The notes under the pieces: model-generated | Told to the model about the DNA's origin: nothing | Seen by the model: the letters and a program-made list of their open reading frames with translations, nothing else | Databases searched by the model: none | In this document: piece after piece, positions 25,701 through 38,308 of the stretch | How positions within the stretch are numbered: position 1 is the first letter of the stretch | How the letters are laid out: the number at the start of each line of letters is the position of its first letter | Position numbers and translations under genes: made by a program | Assembly: GCA_013115145.1 (NCBI GenBank) | Contig: JAAPAO010000138.1 | Coordinates: forward strand, 1,243 to 65,242 | Source of the DNA: Perkinsus chesapeaki ATCC PRA-425 | Taxonomy: Eukaryota; Protista; Perkinsozoa | Length of the DNA stretch: 64,000 nucleotides | Direction of reading: 5' to 3'

Positions 25701-27380
25701 GAATCTACAGCTAATGAGTGTATGAAAGTCATTTAACTAGTTTAGAACATATTTGCACTACTTTCACACTCCCGGGTTTCCGGCTCACCTATAGTAGCAC
25801 TAGCGGTGATGTTTGCAAGTAAAGCTCCTGTTCTAACCCAAGGATTATTCACTCCACAATATACAGTGGTCAATAAGGCCAACTTAGCCAGACACAGGCC
25901 GTTCACAGGGGCCCTAAACAGCACAACAACTATAACCTATTCAGTTTGCAACATACCAAGGTTTACCTCAGCTTCATGCCTATAGGTCGTCCAGGTATTG
26001 TGCCGTGCAACTTCAATGCAGCCACAACAGAACCGCTGAATGTCGCCGCCCCTAAAAGAAAGGCACCCTTATGCCGATAGAGTACCTGAAGTCCTACCAA
26101 CACTGACCCCAATGAAGGTCTCAAGCGCTTGGGCTAGTGCACCACCAGCTGCGGTTACTGATGGATTTAAATGTGCCGACAAGCCTATCAAAACTGCAGC
26201 GAGCCCGGTGAAACTAGGGTGAAAAGGGAAATGCAAACTAATGAAGCCGAAGGAAAACTACCTGTGGAAGCCCGCAACGAGCTGGGGCATCTCCTCCATC
26301 TGAACGCATGAGGCGACACCCAGACCGATAGCACAGGCAGTGGCAGCAGTTGGCAGAAATAGACCCATAGAGCGGAGCAGCACAGCTGAGTAACAGGTGA
26401 TGCTTACAGACCAAAGCCCTCTATTATTACGGGAAGAGTATTGAGGGATCCAGTTAGTGGCCACCACTGTAACCACTGCGGAGGCTGCTCCCACTACACC
26501 AAGCCAGTTGCCCCTTTTCGACGTCTCATGGGAGTTCAAACCCCGCAATGAGAACATAAACAGAATCTGCTATAGCCATAGGTCATGCCTTTGTAGTGTT
26601 ATTATAACACTACTGTAGATGCCATGGGGAGGGCCACCGAGAGGGCATTACTGCCAGCCGCCGCGATAACTGAGCCGGATGCCTTGGCGAACGATGTCAC
26701 CATCGCCGTTACACCATAGGAGGCACCAGTCGACCTAATATGGAGCAGCAGTAAAGTGTTATAATGCAGTTGGCAGCTTACCCAACTGTAAGGGATGATA
26801 CGGGTAGGGATTCCAGGAATATACCACCAACAGCAAGAGTGAGAGGAACCCATAATATACGATGTATCCGAGGCACATGTAGAGCCACAATACTGTCCTC
26901 ATTGTTACCTGATCCAGTGCTACTGCAGTCGAGCTTACAAGAAAGCATTGTTGCAGAAGAGCAACAAGGGAATTATACAACGTATCCTTAGAGACCAAAG
27001 CTTATGGTTAATTGCTGGAATGGAGCTCTTACAAATATCTTCACCGGCTTTAGTTTCCTCCTGGTCTACCATGGTGGCCTCTCCCAACCAATCAGACCAA
27101 TTCATGCCCACTGTTTTGGATGACAGGAACGACCCTGGCTGACATTCAGCTTCACCACCGGGTCGATAGAGAATAGTGCCTATTAACAGACTGCTGACGA
27201 CGGACAAGGGGCAGCGCTCCAGGGTCGGGCCGCTCCCTCTAGGGTCATTCCCCTACTCCATAGTATCCTCCTAGAAGGCATGTCCGAGCTCCGAGGGGTC
27301 TGTGGGCTATAATCATCGAGACCTATGCCACCAGAAGAATCCGGAGTTGCAGGGTGAGGTGATGAGAATGAAGTGGCCAT
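19753..27380 (-). CDS. NNT: Proton-translocating NAD(P)+ transhydrogenase, beta-alpha fused order, with N-terminal extension
   Basis: Beta part: [69 protein letters not shown]. Alpha part: [67 protein letters not shown]. Start approximate. Confidence 0.95.
23723..23795 (+). tRNA. tRNA-Ala(AGC)
   Basis: Complete cloverleaf GGGGGAC...GTTCTCCA, G3:U70 Ala identity pair, anticodon loop TT-AGC-AA, followed by TTTT. Confidence 0.97.
24034..24107 (-). tRNA. tRNA-Ile(AAT), copy 1
   Basis: GGTCGTTTAGCTCAGTCGGTTAGAGCATCGTGCTAATAACGCGAGGGTCGCAGGTTCGAGCCCTGCATCGACCA; anticodon loop CT-AAT-AA. Confidence 0.97.
24872..24912 (+). pseudogene. 3' half of tRNA-Ala(AGC), starting at U33
   Basis: 41 nt identical to 23755-23795, plus the TTTT terminator. 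No 5' half upstream. Confidence 0.9.
25168..25241 (-). tRNA. tRNA-Ile(AAT), copy 2
   Basis: Identical to copy 1; GTGTTTT follows downstream on the minus strand. Confidence 0.97.
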
Positions 27381-27507
27381 CTGTAATGACCTGCCAACAG
27401 TATCCTCTTCAAGGCTAATTGACTGACTTAAAGCGACACCATCACCGATATAGAAACAAATAGACGTTCTGATAGTGAATGGATGTTGCCTATAGTGAGG
27501 CAGGGCT

Positions 27508-27990
27508 CTATTGTAAATCCTCTCTATCAACCCTCGGATCGCCTCTCACTATTGTCCAATAACCCTTTACGTGTTCCTTGTCTACCACTGCCACCACACA
27601 GGACTTCTTAACACTCTCAGCCACTCGTCGCCAAAGTACTAGCTCCCTCGGTGTCGGCCCCTTATCAGCCCCTACTATATGTACTAACCAATTGCTATGG
27701 CTCTTATTGGGATCCTTCATATACACCACTAGATCACATCCATAGCTCGGCTGCACGGTAACCCAAAGCCCTCTACCTTCCAAATCACGGGCAACTACAT
27801 CTCGTCTATGCATAGGCCCATCTCCTGCTGCAGAGGTGTCCAAGTAGAGCATTGGAAGCCCTAGGTTGCTGTTCTGTTGGGCATCATTGGGTATAGTCCC
27901 CACCATAGTCCCCAGTATTCGTTGCTCATCAAGGGCTTTCCATTCCTCCACTGTAAGGCACATGCCTGGCCGAAGAGGGACATTCGCCAT
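27508..27990 (-). CDS. TSEN34: tRNA-splicing endonuclease catalytic subunit, SEN34-like (intronless, 160 aa)
   Basis: NLGLPML, SYGCDLVVYMKDPNKSHSNWLV, RRVAESVKKSCVVA; candidate Tyr/His/Lys triad present. Confidence 0.8.
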   Translation of the reverse strand: MANVPLRPGMCLTVEEWKALDEQRILGTMVGTIPNDAQQNSNLGLPMLYLDTSAAGDGPMHRRDVVARDLEGRGLWVTVQPSYGCDLVVYMKDPNKSHSNWLVHIVGADKGPTPRELVLWRRVAESVKKSCVVAVVDKEHVKGYWTIVRGDPRVDREDLQ

Positions 27991-28250
27991 GACCCCATAC
28001 AACTGAATAGTAGTTACCCATATATTGACAACTATAACAAAAGCACACAAAGCTTCAGGCCGAGACTTTGCCTTACACTAGGGAATGAGGAAGAACGAAT
28101 AAGTAGCAGTAGCAGCGGCAATAGTGGCCTATTCGGCTGCTACAAGTGCTATACTAATATCGGCGACGCTACTCCCACATGAGAGTTAAAGTCTGGCCTT
28201 AACGTTTATATCCTTCTAATCCTCCTCTAATCCGATATAGTACTCAATTC

Positions 28251-28802
28251 TTATCGGGCACCTTTACCCTTACCCTTGCCTGAGGAGGAGAAGTGGTTGA
28301 AGACCATAGACCACCACGGACAGCCCTGTTATTACCCTTTCCCTTTCCCTTGCCCTTCCCCTTGCCGAATCCTCTCTCACGGGCAGCCTTATTCTTCGGG
28401 CCGTCATCAATCTGCATCAACTCTGATAAAATACAAGATTGTCATCATCAACTTACCAGCAAAGTATCCAAGGGTATATGGTCGGGAAGAATATAGTAAC
28501 GAATAGTGCTACCTAAGGTGGATGAAAATACTACAAATAACAGCAGCAGCAGCTGCTCCAACATCTTACCGCGTATGGTTAAGTGATCCATCCCTACTGG
28601 GTTGCGGCCGCGCACCGTAACCTTAACGTTCTTCATATGCGTGTTCATTGATACATCCACACCTGTTCCACGAGAGCCTCTCACGCTGATTCAATGCATC
28701 TTTTGTATTACCTGTGACCGTCCCATGAACGACAGTGCCATTCTTCAACTCCACAGTCACAGTCTCAGAGTTAAGCTTTTGGAGGAACCGTACGAGCTTC
28801 AT
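28251..28802 (-). CDS. SNRPD1: Small nuclear ribonucleoprotein Sm D1
   Basis: [30 protein letters not shown]|[14 protein letters not shown]...LTIRG|[18 protein letters not shown]|IDDGPK; four GT-AG introns. Confidence 0.95.
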
Positions 28803-29148
28803 GAGGATCGATCACAGTTAACAACAACAACACGCTGTAACCCCAAGGAGCAGCTTATACCCATACCATACCCCACAACACATACGCGAATCGAGAATGA
28901 AAGGAATGGTCTCAAATAGGTGGTCGCCGCAGCATCAGCAGTAGCAGCAGAGGAGGATGTAGTCCAGAGAGGACTACTCCAAGATAATGCCACCCCGCGA
29001 CAGCAACAACAACGAGGAGGAGGAGTTGTACATATGGTAGTTAGGGAATCATGGCAATATTATAACAAAAGCAGTTGAGAAAAAACAACAACACCACCAC
29101 TACCACTACTCCAGGCAGCATCCTTCTATTATGGGACGGTGGTGTTGG

Positions 29149-32100
29149 CTAATATAGATACTCACGAAGGGCTTCCATCTCATCATCTTCACCACTCTCA
29201 TTTCCAAAATCGCGGCTCATCATAAGCTCTTGCTCCTCCAAGTTCTCATCATAGGAGAACATATAATTATTAGGGTTTTCCTCATAGTCCCCACCGACAT
29301 AAGGCCGAGTCCCGCATGTAGCGGACTGGCGGCCCCAAGCTGGGCATGTGTGGGAGCTCAACACCTCATACCTGATACACATTACTATTCGACACTAGCT
29401 TAATATGCACTTACCCTGCACATGCTGCAGCTGATGATGCAGCTGCCAGCGATGCTAATACGTCTGATACCTCATGGGGATCGGCAACGAACCATCTGGA
29501 AAGGAACTGGCATTAGAAGCTGACACGCATTATTACTTGGCATGACTAGGCTTCTTCCCCACTGACACAGTGAACACATCAGTACCACTTTTCCCATGTT
29601 GAGGTGGTGCCTCTCCTGGCTGCCGCCGTGTTGAGGTGCCATGAGATGCCAGAAGGCTAAGGGTATTGTCATCTTCCTTCCATTGCTGCTGTTGCTGGCC
29701 TTGGCTGGGAGTTGACGAAGCAGTAGTGTTAAAATGTGGCCTGACCAAATGTGATTGCCTTAGGACCCCATCCACTTCATACCGTCGCAGTCCCGTGCCC
29801 AACTGATTAAGGTCCCGATGAATGCTGCCCGAGTTAATCCCAAGGGATCGACGCGGTCTTTCCACTGAGCAGCTGTTACCCGCTGATTCTGTGGGGGAAG
29901 GGGGCAGATGCTTGGGGCCTATCGAGGGCAAGCTCACTGGCAGCTGCTGCTTTAAGACTTTGCAATATGCCTTACTTTCATGATGATGGGAAGCTGGTGG
30001 AACCTTAGGTTCATACATGCTCTTCAACTTCTCAAACATAAGCTCATCTGACTGGTCATCCCCCATTGCCAGTACCTATCTCACCATCATTAGATATAGA
30101 CAAGATATCAGTAGCCTCCTTACAAAGTCAGGCTGTCCACGAATATTAGATAGTTTCTGTAGGATAGTCTGTGCTGCTATACCCTTATTAACACCCTTTA
30201 ACTTTATCTCTACATAACCCTTACCACATACCACCTCCACATTATACCTAACCGGCCACATACCGCCAACCGCCTACCATCCGTGGATTCTATTACGTGT
30301 CAAGGAGCTCCTCTAAGCTATTGGCCAGCTCCTTAGCTTGCCATTGTCCAAAGTCAGGATCAGCGTCACCATACTGCCACACCAAGGCAGATCCCTTGTA
30401 CTCAATATACGATCCCTGTGTTCGGGCAACATATCTGTGAAATAGGGCCATGCCCCTCTTCCACCCCAAGTAGTTTTGATATCCCTACTGTTTCATCAAC
30501 TCCATAGCAATTGCCTTCCACGAGGTGTCGTCCCTCTCAGAGCCATAACTATCACCTAGACAAAACAGCATAACAGCAGCGAGTCGCTGTAAGAGAGATT
30601 ACTGAGAAGGCATTCCCAATGGCGACGAGTGGATGATCCTTGTTGATTATCAGGACCATTAAGGGCTGGCACTTGGTAGTAGTAGCCGTGCTCTGCTGCC
30701 AGGCCTACACCGAGCTAAGGTCCACACAGAAGCATGCTTTAGACTACCTATGTGATCGACACTACTAAACCACTTCTCCAGATGGTCTGGGCTTCGACCA
30801 CTTAACACTACCACCACATTACGTGGGTCACGGCAGATGACCCTATGAACAGCAATGCAGTCGATCTTCTAACCTTTCTGCTACCTTAACATTTGCAGCA
30901 CCTTCTCACTTGGTGGGCTACCATGCATGTGCAGATTGGTTAGTTCACCTTCACTTGAAGAGGTTGGCAGCTCCCCGGATGATGCCCGAGGAGAGCCGTA
31001 TGCATTACGGGAAACATAAGATGATGAACATAGTGTACCTTACCAAATACTTCCCCAATACTACCCCCCCCCAAACCACCTTCATTATCGAGGAAGAGGA
31101 CCCTAAACTTAGCCCGTTTATAAGCAACTAGGATTTCATCATGATCGAGCCTCTGGAAGTCCTCCGACAGCCCAAGCAACCTGGCCATGGCGTACCACAT
31201 CCCCCCAGCAATGGGAAATAGACTCACCGGAAATTGGCACCGAAACCGTACGTGATGTACATCATTTCAGCCTTCTTCCGGGCCCGGCGTAAATCACATA
31301 AGAAGTCCTCCGCCCAGCTTAATAAGGAGTGGCTTGAGACGTACGAAGTGTCACGATACAAGCGTTCGGCGAGCTCCGGAGTGCCCTGACCGAGAATTGA
31401 ACCCGGGACCTAGTCGACTTACTTACCAGCATGTGCTTGGCATCTTGAATGGCTTGAACCAGTTTGTCTGTATTCCATGGATTTACACTAAGGCTTCCAA
31501 TGAGGACCCGTGAGCAGCCAGAGAACTCGCTGCATATAACAGCACCTCTGAGGTTAGTAGGGCTGGTAGGGGGGAGTGCAGCACGAGCAACATAGTATTC
31601 GAAGGGCACTAAAGAGGGTACCATTAATCTCGGATGATGATGACATTACAGATAAGCACCTTACCTAAATTCAGGCCTGACTTAACGCTGGTGTCCAATA
31701 GGACATCAGCAACTCGCAATAACGCCATTCGATCAACAGCGCTTACAGGCCCAGATTCAAAGTGGATAACTGATGGCATTATTACAATAGAAAGAACAAC
31801 AACAACAAGGCTTCTTCTACTACTACCTTCCGTTCCAAACTGTTTATTAATTTCCTCAGCTATCTGTGTAAGCTCGCTCGCCCTAATAATAATGTTGGTA
31901 TAGGCCAGCAGTGGCAGCAGCAATGATGTGGCTTTACTTACAGTTTGTATGCCAACATTGTCGAATGTGTCTTAGGGACATAGGCATGCTGTCTCAGTAC
32001 AGCTCTACCAACAACTTTAGGATGCTGTTGGAGGAACAATCGCCATGCTCGGAACTTCAAACCGATTCCAGACAAACGATCGCATCTACGGACATTATAC

Positions 32101-34251
32101 CAACAGCAGGCACAGGGAGCGGCAACTCACCGGTCCACTGAGGCGTATACAATAACATTATCGCCATATTGATCACGAAGGCTTTGAGCTCGCTCCACCA
32201 CCTACAATGAGGGGTGAGTAGGGCATCAGCTTCCCCGTATAGCCGGGCTTACGGCAGTCTCCTGCATCTTCTGCATAGTGTAATCGTAATGCATACAAGC
32301 ATGGCCTACTCTAAGGGCAACCTCCCTTCCAAGATAACTGAGAGATATAATGCAAGGCTGTCAGCGGGGGCGGCTGGGGGAGGAGGATAGGATAACCTAC
32401 TCGACAGAGACGAATCCTCCCTTTTTGAAGTGGTAGTCAAGTCCTAGTATCCTCTTACAGCAGGTAAGGAAGTGCCTAAATACACAATGACCGCCTACCT
32501 CCACTAAACAACATCACTTACCTCTCATATTCAAAGAATTGGAACCCTACTAGGTCCGCACATAACATACCCTTAAGAAGCTCCTCCCTCACAGGTAAGC
32601 ATTTGTAAAGGTCAGAGCTAGGGAATGGTGTATGCAGGAACAGTCCCACATTGGCAGTGCGCAGCTTCCTTCCCACAAGCCTAACCACCAACAGCAGCAG
32701 CAGCAGCAGTCTTCTATAAACAACCACAGTCGAATGGTTTTTATTACATAGGCATTAAAAGCAAATATATATCATGAATCCAGACCATATCCTGGTCCTC
32801 ACGGCAAGATGCCCATACAACCTACAGCTGTAGCAGTGGAGGAGGAGGATAGGCGAAAAGTACCTCAGAGAACTTTTGATTAACTGTCTGGTAGGCGGCC
32901 CATTGCTGTAGATCGAATGGCCGCGGGTTGTCATCGTAGACAAAGGACATGACAACACTGTGGAATATAGGCCAGAGGAATCTAAGCAGCAAATGGGCTG
33001 AGAGGAATCATAGGAGGTGATCATGGCGTTACCTATCGCAAAAGTTAACAAAGTTATTGTAAAGGTCCTCTGCTAGGAACACAGGTATACAGTCATAATC
33101 CAAGAGGAGATCTCGAATCTGACGACAGCATTTCTGATAGAAAAAGCGTAAAAACCCACCTCTCGCTGATCCGCATAGTCCGTAACATGTACTCCTGGCC
33201 ATCCCACAAACATAACTCTTACCGGATATTGGTGGCGCAATTGATACATTGACGGCATCACATTACCCGACTCCGACACCTTAGCTTGCCATTCACCTAT
33301 CAAATACCATGTACAAAGGCCATAATAGTATACTTACCATCAACCTTCTCCACTTTAACTGGTAGCTCAAAGCTGACCATTATAACACCGTTGTTGCTCT
33401 CTAGAGGAGGAAAGGAGTCCAATGACCGAATGGCAGCCATACGCTGCTCGAAGAGCTAATATGATACAATCAAGGAAAGCAATCGACAATGGCACTACAC
33501 CTACTGTAGCGGCATTTGCCTCTGGTGACTGTGATGCTTGCTGGCTTGCTGCATCCTCACTTGAACGATCATCAAAGGAAAGCGAAGATACATCCTCTGG
33601 GTGGAGGGCATTACGGTACATTCCAAAGTCATCCTCAACCTAAACAGCAGCAGCAATGATATACGATATTGTGCAAGAAGCTTACAGTCATCTCCCCACC
33701 AGTCGGTATCATAGTCCTTGTATCATTATCAATATAGGCAAATAGATTACCGTCCTGGGTCACTAAAGCATATTGATAGGATACTCGAACTCTAAGGCAT
33801 ACGCATGTCAAAGCAAGCTGTCCCAGTGATATTACTTAGTTTGAAATCGGACTGGTTCCACCGTATAAAAGCACGGGAACATATCTTCCTGAGTGAAGAG
33901 CTCGACCCCTCGCCTATGATCCCAATGGCCCAGTGCCCCACAGTCTCCAACCACCACAACCTATACAGCAATTTTCCTATTAGCCACTATCATCACAGCA
34001 GTGTTGGCATCTACTTTGCCATTATCCTCCTTAAGTTTACTAGCATATTCCTGTGGTACAACGCACCTACAGAGCCACTGTGGTGAATAGAGTCCGCCCT
34101 TTAACACCTACCGAAAGAAAACCCGAGTGTAGAGCACGCGCTCCCCAGTTGGAACTGGCTGCATATCATCTGCGGCTTGGTTCGATAAGGAGAGCTCTCC
34201 CGGGCCTCCTTTAGGTGGGTTATCAGCTTGTGGCGTTGCTGCTGGATTCAT
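29149..34251 (-). CDS. CBM20 + trehalose-6-phosphate synthase-like + phosphatase-like protein
   Basis: CBM20 (VFFRCVV...VVVVGDCGALGHWD), GLFLHTPFPSSD...ADLVGFQFFEY, SEFSGCS...VNPWN, FLDNEGTL, VVVLSGR, KGVNKG, IGDDQSDELMF. Confidence 0.9.
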
Positions 34252-34399
34252 CTGTCCATACAGACCCAAGAGCAACGGGCTACTGTAACGATAATTTCAA
34301 CCTATTCCCAGGTTTATTTACCCAGAGCTTTAGTGAAGATTGGAGAGATAACGCCCACTATGAAAGTATTGCTATAAGGTGGAAGAGCGGTATGAATTT

Positions 34400-36203
34400 A
34401 ATGAAAGAATCTTAGAGCTACTCCGGCATCTCAACGAGACTGTCACGTAAGCTTAGACGACCCCTAAGATATCCTGCTGGCCAGACGGTAGGCTGAGGCA
34501 GCATAGAAGCAAATTGGGTTAATGATACAGGGAAGAAAAGCATCATGATCGATTCACTTCCCCAACGCCATTACGTCGAAAAGAACGTTAAGGAAATGCA
34601 AGCAGATCTAAGATGGCAAGATTGACATCATCCTGTCAATTTTGAGACGACTGTCTATTATGAGTCTTCTCGGCGATTATGATGACCTACGTAAGTGCGA
34701 TGAAGCTACATTGTATGCTGTGGATAGGATACAGAAGTAACAGAATTATCGGGAATATCTTGGAAAAAGATATCCTTATCTTGAACCATTTCGCGACACA
34801 AGCTCACCTGGATTAAATCATTCACTTTAAATGGGATAGGGTGTATGCCACCTGCTTAGCGGAAATAACCTGGGTTGTATCCTATATCATACTGTCAGGC
34901 GAGTCCGTAGCTGGTTACGTCGAAGGAGATTCAGAGCATTGTTAAAGAGGATCAGGGACCATCAAAGGTTTATTCACGTGGTGTACCGCTAGACATAGAT
35001 GCACTTAGATACATTAAGGAACGTACCAGATTGAGTGCACGTATAGCCAATAGTCGCCATGAGCTTAGTTTGATGAATAGGATGCTCCAAGGTCCAGCAG
35101 GCACGAGAGAGGTATCTTGCTAGGTATCCAGGGCAGGTAGGTCCAAGGTCAGGTGTTGGCATATACCCAACAGAAGGAGATGAATGCAGCTAAGAAGTAG
35201 GTATGGGCTAGGGGCAGTTACATTGCATTGTGATAGGATACAATGCTGGTGGCGTGGCAGGCTCACAGCTAGGCAAGTTAAGCAGACTGTTGAGGGAAAG
35301 AGGAAGGTAGTATGGGAATAGGTTAGGCGATGGAAGTACACGATAGGACAGAGCAGCCCGACGAATCCAAGAAGCATGGCGTATCTTGAGGTCAAGGTGG
35401 AGGCTAGAGGAACCTTTAAAGGGTCCATTCTATCGAGGGTTGGACGAATACCAAAGGCAAATTACGTGTGTGGAGGATGAGGTTCGGTGATGCTCTATAC
35501 ATATCCATGTAGCTGCAACCTTATAGGGAGCTGTACAGTACAAGTTGGACGGAATGATATCTGACCGGCTATTCACGGGCAAGGCTTTTAGCTGCAGTTG
35601 ATAGCAATACCGACATAGGCGATACCAGCACGGATGAGGCGGCATTGAAAGCCTTGCAGCATAGATCATGGCAGGCCTACTTGTCCTTCCTTCACCACCT
35701 TACAATGTCCTCCCTATTGCCAAATCCCCCCTAGTCAATTGTTCAGGTCTCGACGGACCATGAAGCGGGCCTTCGTGGAGCTAGAGACCGTCAAAGGTGC
35801 CCATAGGTATCCCTATCAGTTGTCACGTTGTGGCTAGACCTTCTGCATGAGCTGGATAAGATAGCCGCCGCTCCCAACGGATACAGTGTGGCTCAGCTCA
35901 GTCGCCTACTGAACGGTGGTGCTATAAGGAAGGCACGGCAAGACTATGAGCAAAGGAAGGCACTTATACTCAGGTTATACAGACCAACCTGTGTTTCCTG
36001 TGCTAATCGTTTACAGTAGCAACGGTAGTGTTCTGGGCGATGGTGGTGGAAGCCTTGGTGATCTCAGCTTCCTGGCCACTACTGAGGTTGATGCCATGGA
36101 AAGGTAAGGCTGCTGCTGCTGCTGCCATCTATGGTTGGTATAAAGCTACTTTAGAGACCTTAATGCCCTCTGGAATGCCCTCCTGGCAAGGACAGCATAC
36201 TAG
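34400..36203 (+). CDS. IQ-motif (calmodulin-binding) protein
   Basis: Two IQ motifs, IQCWWRGRLTAR (~35238) and AARRIQEAWR (~35353); last exon ends ...WNALLARTAY*. Start uncertain. Confidence 0.6.
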
Positions 36204-36278
36204 CCATGCCTCTCCGGTGTCTCTACCACTCCTTGAATTGTGTTAAGTTCCAACCAGCATGTTCCTTTTAGTTGTACC

Positions 36279-36802
36279 ATGACCGAACCATCAGCCCCAG
36301 AGGTGGCAACTCCTACCGCTGAGCCCACAGCACCCAAGGACGATGGAGTCCACTTTGCTCATCGGGCCAAGAAGCTAGTGCTTGATGCGGGTGCCATTAT
36401 CAAGCTACAAAGAGCGGACAACTTTGCCAAGGAACTTTACACTACTCCGCGGATCATAGGAGAGATCCGAGACAGACAAGCCCGGCAGCATTTGGCCAAC
36501 CTACCGGCTGAGCTGAAGGTGCGGAGCCCGGACACAGAGGCTATGAGAGCTGTCCAAGAGTTTGCTAAGAAGACAGGGGATTATGGGTTCCTGTCAATCA
36601 ATGATATGGAGGTAATGGCTTTGGCTGTTATGCTGTATAAAGAGAGTGGATGTAATAAGGAGCTCAATGCAGCGCCATCTATGGCAAAGTTTGAGAGCGG
36701 TGGTAATACAGGCAAGGATGACGCATAGTGTTCTATTGGATATGCCATTAATGGAAGAACAGACTGCATCTCGAAGGGCGCTCAGTATGCCTGAGGCCTT
36801 CA

Positions 36803-36845
<43 letters not shown>

Positions 36846-38144
36846 ATCTGTCCAATGGCCTTGAAAAGCAATAGGCTGCCGATAGGCTGTGTAGCATATG
36901 ATGTCTGTCAGGTGCTAAGGGACGTAAGGCCTTCAGCTGGAGACCAGAGGAGGATAAGCAAGGACAACAACAGGAGGACATTCCTGAACCATTAAAGGAA
37001 GAGGAAGCTGAGGATAACACTGAGGGTATTGTTTGGGCTCATGTTGGACGGCAATAGACGGACTGTCAGCACCGCTTGCCACACAAGATGAGGAGGAGTC
37101 AACAGCTGAGGAGGTGAAGGGAGAGCAGGAGGAGGATGATGACGATGGAGGATGGATCACTGCCACCAACTTCAGAAAGTAATAGGCTAGTAGGGAGGTT
37201 GATGCATGCACGTGGTTGGTGAAAAGATACGCTCGGGATAACCATGAGTCAGCAACTAAGGATGGTGAAGAAGAGACTATTTCTGAGGTGTCCATCATGT
37301 CGGCTGATTATAGTGTCCAAAATGTCATGATGCAAATGGGTGTCGATGTAAGCCTTACCACTCTATGGTCGAGCACTACTGCTGTTGGTAGGTGCTGTCC
37401 TTTGGAGGGTTCATGATTCGCTCCGTAAAGCTCTGGGCCTTGCTTTGTACCGCCTGCCATAAAGTTACCAGGGATACATCTAAGGTAGTTGCAGCGAGCC
37501 TCATCTCTTCTCCTTCCGTTATACTTGGTCTTTTGGTCAGGTTTTTTGTAGTAAGTGTGGTAATGATACAGTGTATAGAGTGCCAGTGTATGTGGACTCG
37601 GAGACAAGGGACCTTACTGTTACGAGGAGCCGTAGATGGGAGAAGATGACAGCCAAAAGGAATAAAGGGTCGATGTAGTGCTGCGGGGGACATGGGGAGA
37701 CTCGGATGAGATTCGCTATCAGTTGGTCGATTCCTAAAAACCGTGGTGGGCGGCAGACTAACCCTTTGATCCTTGCTGAGGATGAGCTCCTTATGTCTGG
37801 ACGGGACAGGGAGTATCGGAGGAGGTGCAACCAGTAGGCAACCAGTCTTATGCTGCTTTGGTGGCATAGCTTAACTTCTTAGATTCGAGAAGGAAAGACA
37901 GCTCCATAATCCCTTTGCATCGGAGTCCCTTTACCAAGCTGATCCTTTGATGGGGTGGTGCACTAGAAGTACCAACTCTAGGGGGAATGCCTTACTAGGA
38001 GTAAGCAGCTCTCCTCCGCCTTTTACTGTCGCCGATGCCTCCTCCTCTTAGGACTCCTCCAGTGCTCCGAAGGTCGAGGCTGGGTATGGCCGACGCAACC
38101 CTAACCGTGGCAACTTCAAGCACACTAAAGGCAAACGTAAATAA
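36279..38144 (+). CDS. NOB1: 20S pre-rRNA D-site endonuclease NOB1
   Basis: PIN domain LVLDAGAII...TGDYGFLSINDMEVMALA, DDDGGWIT, ADYSVQNVMMQMG, zinc ribbon LCTAC, C-terminal GYGRRNPN. Confidence 0.93.
36804..36845. repeat. (GTT)14 microsatellite in a NOB1 intron
   Basis: Perfect trinucleotide run of 42 nt. Confidence 0.95.
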
Positions 38145-38308
38145 ACAACAACAACCATCAACAACACTGTACAGCTGTTTCGGTTCCTACGTTTTACCCG
38201 CTATCCAGTCCTGTCCTATTGAGTTGAAGTGTGGTGTGGGCAGGCAGACACCCATGTTAGATGTCCTTATCATCCTCCCAACCCCTCTCTCATACTCATC
38301 GGGGGCCC

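Noticed and set aside
36646-36864. ORF with a poly-Leu tract
   Set aside because: It is a translation of the (GTT)14 microsatellite within a NOB1 intron.
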